This document shows positions 14,819-20,814 of a stretch of DNA of 20,814 nt, in pieces (positions within the stretch are counted from its first letter, which is position 1; every line of letters begins with the position of its first letter). The notes beneath the pieces are model-generated. The model ran no database searches. It was not told the DNA's origin and saw nothing but the letters and a program-made list of their open reading frames with translations. The position numbers and the translations under genes are program-made. Origin of the DNA: Candidatus Brocadiia bacterium (lineage in GTDB: Bacteria > Planctomycetota > Brocadiia > SM23-32); the NCBI GenBank assembly GCA_046538485.1, contig JBKHIT010000073.1, positions 1 to 20,814 of the forward strand. The letters are read 5' to 3'.

Positions 14819-16219
14819 ATGGAAAAGGGCAACCATTCAGATACAGGGCAGGTCAAGCAAATTAATGGGCTGATTGTCATAAAAGACGTGGATCTGCGAA
14901 AACAACTCGTAAGCCTCGTGGAGAATTCCTGCCAGGATGTTTATGAAGCCGGCGATTCTGAAACAGCTCTTGATACACTGGCAGAACGCAAACCGCATCT
15001 TCTTGTGGTCGATGCAACCGAAGAGGATATTGAGGCCATGCGGCTCGTCAGAGTAGTCAGCAGCTCGTTGAGAAACTCAAAATCGCTTGTGCTGATCGAC
15101 GCTGAAGACACCGCTTCCGCCATCAAAGCCACAAAACTGGGGGCTTTTGACTGCCTTCCGAAACCATTTGAAGCTTCTGGCTTCCGGCAGTCTCTTGAGA
15201 TGGCCGCCAAGGAAATCGTACGAGAAAACCATCGCCAGACCCCGGGTGTAGCAAAACGATGGGCGGACGGCCGCGCAATGGTCGGCAAAAGTGATGCAAT
15301 GAAAGACATCTGGGAAAAAGTCCAAAGAGTCAAAGATGTGACCAGCAACGTTCTCATTCAGGGCGATACGGGAACGGGAAAAGAGCTGGTCGCACGGGCC
15401 ATCCACGACACCAGCCCTCGTTCCGATGGTCCATTTGTTAAACTCAACTGTGGCGCCATCCCGAAAGATCTCCTTGAGAGCGAGTTGTTCGGACATGAAA
15501 AAGGGTCTTTCACGGGCGCGCTTCAGCAACGCATGGGCCGATTCGAAATGGCCGACGGGGGGACCCTGTTGCTGGACGAAATCGGTGATATGCCTCTCGA
15601 ACTCCAGGTCAAGCTTCTCGGCGTTCTCCAGGACCGGTTCGTTCAACGAGTCGGTGGACACGAAAAAATTCCTGTCGATGTCCGAATCATTGCGGCCACA
15701 CATCAAGATCTGCCGAATGCGATTGAGGAAAACCGGTTTCGACAGGACCTTTATTACCGCTTGAATGTCATACCAATCAACGTACCACCGCTGCGAGAAC
15801 GCAAAGAAGACATACAACTCCTCGTCGACCATTTCATCAAAATGTACAGAAAACAAACCGGTCGAAACGTCGAGGGCATCACCGAAGAAGCAAGACGAAT
15901 CCTGATGCATTACGACTACCCGGGGAATATTCGAGAGCTCGAAAATATTGTTGAAAGTGCCGTTGTCCTTTGTAGCGGGGATACGATTTCTGCCAAAGAG
16001 TTACCCCATTATCTCGGTGGGGAAGAAACCGCAAAAATCAGCGTCAAGCCCCTGGTCGGCAAATCGCTGGAGGAAGTGGAACGTCTGCTCATCCTCGAAA
16101 CTCTGCGCTACGTAGAAGGTAACAAACGTCAGGCCGCAGAGATTCTCGGCATTACACCCCGTTCCATCTACCGGAAGCTAAACCGCTACGAAATACCCCT
16201 CGATAGCGTTACCACCTGA
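14819..16219 (+). CDS. Sigma54-dependent transcriptional activator (NtrC/AtoC family) with an atypical receiver domain
   Basis: REC-like N-terminus (LLVVD, GAFDCLPKPF), Walker A GDTGTGKE, ESELFGHEKGSFTGA, Walker B LLLDEIGD, FRQDLYYRLNV, YPGNIRELEN, and a Fis-type HTH GNKRQAAEILGI. Confidence 0.95.
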   Translation: MEKGNHSDTGQVKQINGLIVIKDVDLRKQLVSLVENSCQDVYEAGDSETALDTLAERKPHLLVVDATEEDIEAMRLVRVVSSSLRNSKSLVLIDAEDTASAIKATKLGAFDCLPKPFEASGFRQSLEMAAKEIVRENHRQTPGVAKRWADGRAMVGKSDAMKDIWEKVQRVKDVTSNVLIQGDTGTGKELVARAIHDTSPRSDGPFVKLNCGAIPKDLLESELFGHEKGSFTGALQQRMGRFEMADGGTLLLDEIGDMPLELQVKLLGVLQDRFVQRVGGHEKIPVDVRIIAATHQDLPNAIEENRFRQDLYYRLNVIPINVPPLRERKEDIQLLVDHFIKMYRKQTGRNVEGITEEARRILMHYDYPGNIRELENIVESAVVLCSGDTISAKELPHYLGGEETAKISVKPLVGKSLEEVERLLILETLRYVEGNKRQAAEILGITPRSIYRKLNRYEIPLDSVTT

Positions 16220-16310
16220 GCATTATCCCATACCTCGTTCCGATCTACACCGCCTCTATTTTCCCACCCTGAAAAACGGGAATACAAACCAGGGGTAATC
16301 GTACGAACAT

Positions 16311-16339
16311 TTGACTTTTCAGCTGGCGAACGCTAAAGT
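16311..16339 (+). promoter_or_regulatory. Sigma70-type promoter for rpsR
   Basis: TTGACT, 17-nt spacer, TAAAGT. Confidence 0.65.
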
Positions 16340-16433
16340 AACAATTTCTTTCTCTGCGGGGCAGCGAACCGTTTTTCCTGACCCGAAAGCATGCCCCATA
16401 AAAAAATCACAACCAAGGAGTTGTTGGAACCTC

Positions 16434-16652
16434 ATGGCCGAAAAAAAAAGAAGCTCGCGAACACGATGTCGTTTCTGCCGTCAGAGCGTGGACAAAGTTG
16501 ATTACAAAGATATTGATCAGCTGCGAAAACTCACAACCGGCGAAGCACGCATGTTCAGCCAGAAAAGGTCCGGGAACTGTGCCCGTCATCAGCGCATGTT
16601 CAAAAAAGCCATAAAACGAGCGCGATTCCTGGCTCTGATGCCTTACGAATAA
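16434..16652 (+). CDS. rpsR: 30S ribosomal protein S18, zinc-binding (C+) form
   Basis: CRFC...VDYKD...L...KRSGNCARHQR...AIKRARFLALMPY. ATG 16434 with AAGGAG at 16415-16420. Confidence 0.97.
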   Translation: MAEKKRSSRTRCRFCRQSVDKVDYKDIDQLRKLTTGEARMFSQKRSGNCARHQRMFKKAIKRARFLALMPYE

Positions 16653-16665
16653 CACATTCCGCGAT

Positions 16666-16699
16666 GGCCCCCGCGTGAATTCACGCGGGGTCGTTTTTT
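16666..16699 (+). terminator. Intrinsic terminator after rpsR
   Basis: Perfect palindrome CCCCGCGTGAATTCACGCGGGG (16669-16690) followed by TCGTTTTTT. Confidence 0.85.
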
Positions 16700-16756
16700 G
16701 TACCCCCCACCCTCACCCAAAACCTTGCCCTGTCAGCCTGTGCGCTCAGAAGAAGA

Positions 16757-16785
16757 TTGACTTGCCATCGGTCGCGCCGCATAAT
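16757..16785 (+). promoter_or_regulatory. Sigma70-type promoter for dapA
   Basis: TTGACT, 17-nt spacer, CATAAT. Confidence 0.7.
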
Positions 16786-16920
16786 AGGAACACATTGGAT
16801 TCTTGCCCCGGGGACAAGATGTGAATCATCTCAGAACCAGCGAAAGATATTATTCTCTGGAAAGAGCGTTCAACGGAAAAAAGCGCAAATAATCCTTTCA
16901 CATTCAGGAGGCACTGACGA

Positions 16921-17961
16921 ATGTTCGAGGGCTGCTACACAGCACTGGTCACACCGATGAAAGCCGAGAACAGCGAGGAGATTGACTACCGAGCTCTCAA
17001 AGAATTGGTCGAATTCCAGATTGCCGGAGGCGTCAGTGGTATACTCGCAATGGGTACCACCGGAGAAAGCCCTACTCTTAATTGGGAAGAACATTCCCGT
17101 GTCATCGTGCAGGTAGGCGAATTCGCCGCCGGTCGGTGCACCATCATCGCCGGCACGGGTTCCAACTGCACCCGAGAAGCAATTGATAGTACACGTCATG
17201 TCGCGGCCCATAATGTGGACGCGGTATTGTTGGTCGAGCCATACTATAATGGGCCCAGCTCACTTGAGATCAGACGTGAATACATGGGCGTCGTCGCGGA
17301 TGAATTCCCCGAACTCGAAGTCATACCGTATGTTATACCGGGACGTAGCGGCACACAAATTCTCCCGGAAGATGTCGCGCTCCTCGCTCAAAAATACGAC
17401 AACGTCAATGCGGTTAAAGAAGCAAGTGGAGATCTCGACAATATGCGCCGTACCCGCGAGTGCGCCGGTGATGATTTTCAGATTCTCAGCGGGGATGACG
17501 GCCTGACTTATACCATGATGACTGATGAAACCATTTGTGGGAGCGGCGTAGTCAGCGTCATGTCCAATGTCGCCCCGGCGGCGATTCAGCAAATGACTCA
17601 AGCCCTCCTCGATGGGGAAATGGACGAAGGGGAACGTCTTTATAAAGCCCTCAAACCGCTATTCGGTATTGTCACCGTGAAAACTCAGGAAGAAACACCA
17701 TGGGGTGGGCGACTCTGCAAAGCTCGGAACCCATTGCCCGTCAAAACCCTTATGGATATTCTCGGGATGCCGGTCGGGGCAACCCGGCAACCACTTGGCA
17801 AGATGACGCGGCAGGGAGCCGACATTGTCCTCGAAGCCGCGCGGACGGTCTGGCAAAACAATCCTGAGATTCTGGAACCAGTTGCACGCGCTTTCCAGGT
17901 CGATATAGATAAACGACTGACCGATCCTGATCTTGCCCCCCTTTGTTACCCGGAAGAATAA
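16921..17961 (+). CDS. dapA: 4-hydroxy-tetrahydrodipicolinate synthase
   Basis: TALVTP, GTTGESPTL, AGTGSN, PYYN, YVIPGRSG, Schiff-base lysine in VKEASG, LSGDD, VVSVMSN, NPLPVK. SD AGGAGG. Confidence 0.93.
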   Translation: MFEGCYTALVTPMKAENSEEIDYRALKELVEFQIAGGVSGILAMGTTGESPTLNWEEHSRVIVQVGEFAAGRCTIIAGTGSNCTREAIDSTRHVAAHNVDAVLLVEPYYNGPSSLEIRREYMGVVADEFPELEVIPYVIPGRSGTQILPEDVALLAQKYDNVNAVKEASGDLDNMRRTRECAGDDFQILSGDDGLTYTMMTDETICGSGVVSVMSNVAPAAIQQMTQALLDGEMDEGERLYKALKPLFGIVTVKTQEETPWGGRLCKARNPLPVKTLMDILGMPVGATRQPLGKMTRQGADIVLEAARTVWQNNPEILEPVARAFQVDIDKRLTDPDLAPLCYPEE

Positions 17962-17992
17962 ACTGCGTTTTTAAACCCCCAATACCAGCACA

Positions 17993-19312
17993 ATGAGTAT
18001 CTTCAAAGCATGTGACGTCCGGGGTGTGTATCCCGATCAACTCGACGAACAACTCGCCGAAAAAATCGGACGGGCAATCGGCTCACAATTCAAAGGGACA
18101 TGTGTTCTGGGCGGCGATCTTCGCCCGAGCACCAGCCCCCTTAAAAAGGCCGTCAGCCGGGGCTTACAGGCAACCGGGATCGATGTTGTCGATATCGGCC
18201 TTGCCCCAACACCCGCAGTTTACTGGGCGCAAAGAGAGTTTGGCCATGACGGTGCCGTTATCGTAACCGCCTCGCACAACCCGGCTGAATACAATGGGAT
18301 TAAATTTGCGCTCGGCCCGCGTCCGACAACCCCGGATGTTATGCGGAAGACCGAAATTCTTGTGCACAAGGAGAATTTCGCAGAAGGCAAAGGATCGTTT
18401 CGCGAAAAGCCTATCAAAGACGGATATCTCGCCTGGGTAGAAAAGAGCTTTAGAAATGTCGGCACCGGCCTGCATGTCGTTGTCGATGCCGGCAACGGCT
18501 GCGCTTCGGAATGGGCCCCCCTTGCATTGAGTTCCGCGGGCTGCGAAGTCATTGAACTGAATTGTGAACCGGATGGCACTTTTCCCAACCGTTCGCCGAA
18601 TCCCGCCAAACCTGAAGCCCTCAGAGAAAGCGGCTGCTTCGCCGCCAGTAAAAATGCGGACTTTACCGTCGCTTTCGATGGTGACGCAGATCGCGCTGTA
18701 TTCCTTGACGAAAATGGCGAGTATGTGGACAGCGATAAATCACTGATCATTCTCGCGCGGGACCTGTTGGCCCATGCCGAGGACAACGCAACTGTGGTTT
18801 ATGATGTCAAGTGCTCCGATCAGGTGCCGGAACAGATCCGAGCTGCCGGAGGTTGCCCTGTTGCCGAACGTTCCGGGTACGCTTTTATCAAATCGCGCCT
18901 GCTCGATGAAAACGCCCTGTTCGCCGGCGAGGCCAGCGGACATTTTTTCTTCCGTGAACTCGGCGGGGACGATGGTACCTACGCCGCCCTGAAAATGGCG
19001 TCTCTGCTGGCCAGGAAAAATCAACCCTTCAGCGAAATCCTGCAAAGTATCCCCCCATACTACATCACACCTGATATCCGGATGCCGCGTCCCGGAGGCG
19101 ACGGACGTGTGGTTATTGAAAAACTTAAAAACGTCTTCTCAAACCGACCCCAAAACGAGACCGACGGTGTACGGATTGATTTCGAACACGGCTGGGCCCT
19201 CTGCCGTGAAAGCGTTACCGAACCCGTCGTCACTCTTCGGTTCGAAGGAGAGACACCGGAAGACAGGGATAGAATCAAAGAGCGTGTCATAAGCGAAATC
19301 CCGCCGGTCTGA
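17993..19312 (+). CDS. Phosphomannomutase/phosphoglucomutase (alpha-D-phosphohexomutase)
   Basis: IFKACDVRG, TASHNP, DGTFPNRSPNP, DGDADR, GEASGH, RESVTEP. Confidence 0.95.
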   Translation: MSIFKACDVRGVYPDQLDEQLAEKIGRAIGSQFKGTCVLGGDLRPSTSPLKKAVSRGLQATGIDVVDIGLAPTPAVYWAQREFGHDGAVIVTASHNPAEYNGIKFALGPRPTTPDVMRKTEILVHKENFAEGKGSFREKPIKDGYLAWVEKSFRNVGTGLHVVVDAGNGCASEWAPLALSSAGCEVIELNCEPDGTFPNRSPNPAKPEALRESGCFAASKNADFTVAFDGDADRAVFLDENGEYVDSDKSLIILARDLLAHAEDNATVVYDVKCSDQVPEQIRAAGGCPVAERSGYAFIKSRLLDENALFAGEASGHFFFRELGGDDGTYAALKMASLLARKNQPFSEILQSIPPYYITPDIRMPRPGGDGRVVIEKLKNVFSNRPQNETDGVRIDFEHGWALCRESVTEPVVTLRFEGETPEDRDRIKERVISEIPPV

Positions 19313-19345
19313 CCCGCCATCCCCTACAGCACAACATCCTGGTTT

Positions 19346-20814
19346 CTATTTGTCGCTTTTTACCGTATCCTGCTCCGGGTTCGTCTCCGTATGCTGGCTG
19401 ACCGAAAGTGTTACCCGTGCGACTGAAACCGCATTGTCCTGCGTCCATATTCCCACGTTGCCACGTGACACAGCTTTCTCAGTCTCAATTTCGACTACTT
19501 TGTGGCCCTCGAAATACAGTTTGACAGAATTCTTTTCCACGACAGCCTTAACCTCGAACCAAACGTGATGTAGCGACCACGCCTGCGGCAGCCCCACCTC
19601 TTTCACCCGTTTCAGCAGCTGCTCCCCTCTCCATAATTCGCATCCGCGTTGACCGGCCGTCATTACTCGGAAACGATAACCGGACTTTATATCGAAACCA
19701 TCACCGGCAAAGACAAGATTCAAATCCCGTGCACGTAACCGTTCAGGTTTGTGCTCGTCCCGATCTCCAATAGCCATATACGCACTGATGGCGTAAGGAG
19801 GGCTGAAATCTCGTTTATGCCATAAGGTCGACGCTGTTTCGGTGTCCGTACCCAGCCATACCCAATCGTCGTCGCATGTCCAGCGCGGCACCCTATCCCA
19901 GTCCCCATCTGGAGAATACCAGTCTGTCACCCGCCGATCGAACCGATAATCCATCCAACCTGAACATAGGAACTTAATCTTCTGCCGCGGGCGTATGCCG
20001 CCCGGAAGCAAAACCTTTGCGCCATCGCGGGTTTCAGGCACACCGAACTCTCGCCCATCGACCTGAATAATGGCCGGGACGTAATTCGGCAGACGCGGTT
20101 CCACCGCCATGGAGCCATCTGGAGACGGTGGCATATCCCATTGCATCGCATAGATATTTCGAACCTCAATGCTGTCCGCAGGAAGGCTTGATATCGAAAA
20201 GCAGCTTCCTTCTTCCCCATAAGCCCGGTCGGTCTCTGCCAGAAGTTCCGACACGGGCCTAACACTCACATCATCGAAGAGTGCCTCCCCTTCTCTCAAA
20301 AACAGGCCAAACCCGTTCTCCGGCACAGCTTTTGTCGTATGTCGGACTCTGCACGTGCCATCGAGATAACCCTGCAATTCACCGCGCGCAGCAAAAAGTG
20401 AAAGACGGTGCCACCCTCCGTATTCCGGAACCTCTGTTTGCATTATTTCAATCGTTCTCGCCCCCTCGGTCTTCTGAAGCGCAACTGTGGATTTCCTGTC
20501 ATCCAGCACAAGAGCGGCCTCCGTCTTATCGTTAAGTTTTACCCAGAGCCCGCCTGCACCTCCCGAAAGATTGATCGCGACAGACCCAGCAAAATCTTTC
20601 CACTGTGAAGAGGACGAAACGTGGGCTCGCCACGGAGCTTTTGCCTCCAGAGCAAAGGCTTTCTGCTTCTGTCCATGTGGCAGTTTCTCAGACGGTCCGG
20701 TGCACTGGGCTTCACCCTGCATGAATTCCCACATCGGACCGATCTCAGACTCACGCATAAAATCGTCGCCGAAAAGAATTTCCCCGGGTTCCGCTCGCCA
20801 ATCGAGCGGCAACT
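19346..20814 (-). CDS. C-terminal part of a large hypothetical protein with probable ConA/LamG-like beta-sandwich domains (5' truncated by the window)
   Basis: The frame is open to the window edge. Two segments end in W.....(13-15 aa)..Y.[DE]G...G[FI]G[LI]...[FV]..V.[VL], typical of DUF1080/LamG-like lectin folds. Confidence 0.65.
   Translation of the reverse strand, partial: LPLDWRAEPGEILFGDDFMRESEIGPMWEFMQGEAQCTGPSEKLPHGQKQKAFALEAKAPWRAHVSSSSQWKDFAGSVAINLSGGAGGLWVKLNDKTEAALVLDDRKSTVALQKTEGARTIEIMQTEVPEYGGWHRLSLFAARGELQGYLDGTCRVRHTTKAVPENGFGLFLREGEALFDDVSVRPVSELLAETDRAYGEEGSCFSISSLPADSIEVRNIYAMQWDMPPSPDGSMAVEPRLPNYVPAIIQVDGREFGVPETRDGAKVLLPGGIRPRQKIKFLCSGWMDYRFDRRVTDWYSPDGDWDRVPRWTCDDDWVWLGTDTETASTLWHKRDFSPPYAISAYMAIGDRDEHKPERLRARDLNLVFAGDGFDIKSGYRFRVMTAGQRGCELWRGEQLLKRVKEVGLPQAWSLHHVWFEVKAVVEKNSVKLYFEGHKVVEIETEKAVSRGNVGIWTQDNAVSVARVTLSVSQHTETNPEQDTVKSDK

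Noticed and set aside
15077..15910. 277-aa minus-strand ORF
   Set aside because: Antisense shadow of the conserved sigma54 AAA+ domain.
16311..16433. 41-aa N-terminal extension of S18 from TTG 16311
   Set aside because: That TTG is the -35 box, and the S18-like sequence begins at ATG 16434.
16791..16920. Canonical lysine or glycine riboswitch
   Set aside because: Core consensus elements are missing. It is kept only as an unassigned structured leader.

Overview
This is a bacterial chromosomal window, mostly housekeeping genes, probably from a Planctomycetota/PVC organism. That placement is an inference from a stand-alone rpsR with an S-x-KRSGNC motif and the SecA Walker A variant MVTGEGKT. 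Gene order: GbsR/MarR regulator (-), a repeat-rich spacer, secA (-), cysQ (+), PP2C-like phosphatase (-), ftsK (-), GyrI-like protein (+), aldo/keto reductase (+), secreted CBM9/DOMON-like protein (+), dCMP deaminase (-), 4-TM membrane protein (-), metallophosphoesterase (-), fxsA (+), DUF58 (+), sigma54-dependent regulator (+), rpsR (+), dapA (+), phosphomannomutase/phosphoglucomutase (+), and the 3' part of a large hypothetical protein (-). I saw no rRNA, tRNA, CRISPR array, transposase or recognisable defence system, and I cannot support a multi-gene novel system. The best leads are small-scale: an S6:S18-leader-like fold before the isolated rpsR, a minimal PP2C gene tightly behind ftsK, a mosaic of 9-mer, 7-mer and REP-like repeats near gbsR/secA, a degenerate receiver on an orphan sigma54 activator, and a GAHD-variant metallophosphoesterase.
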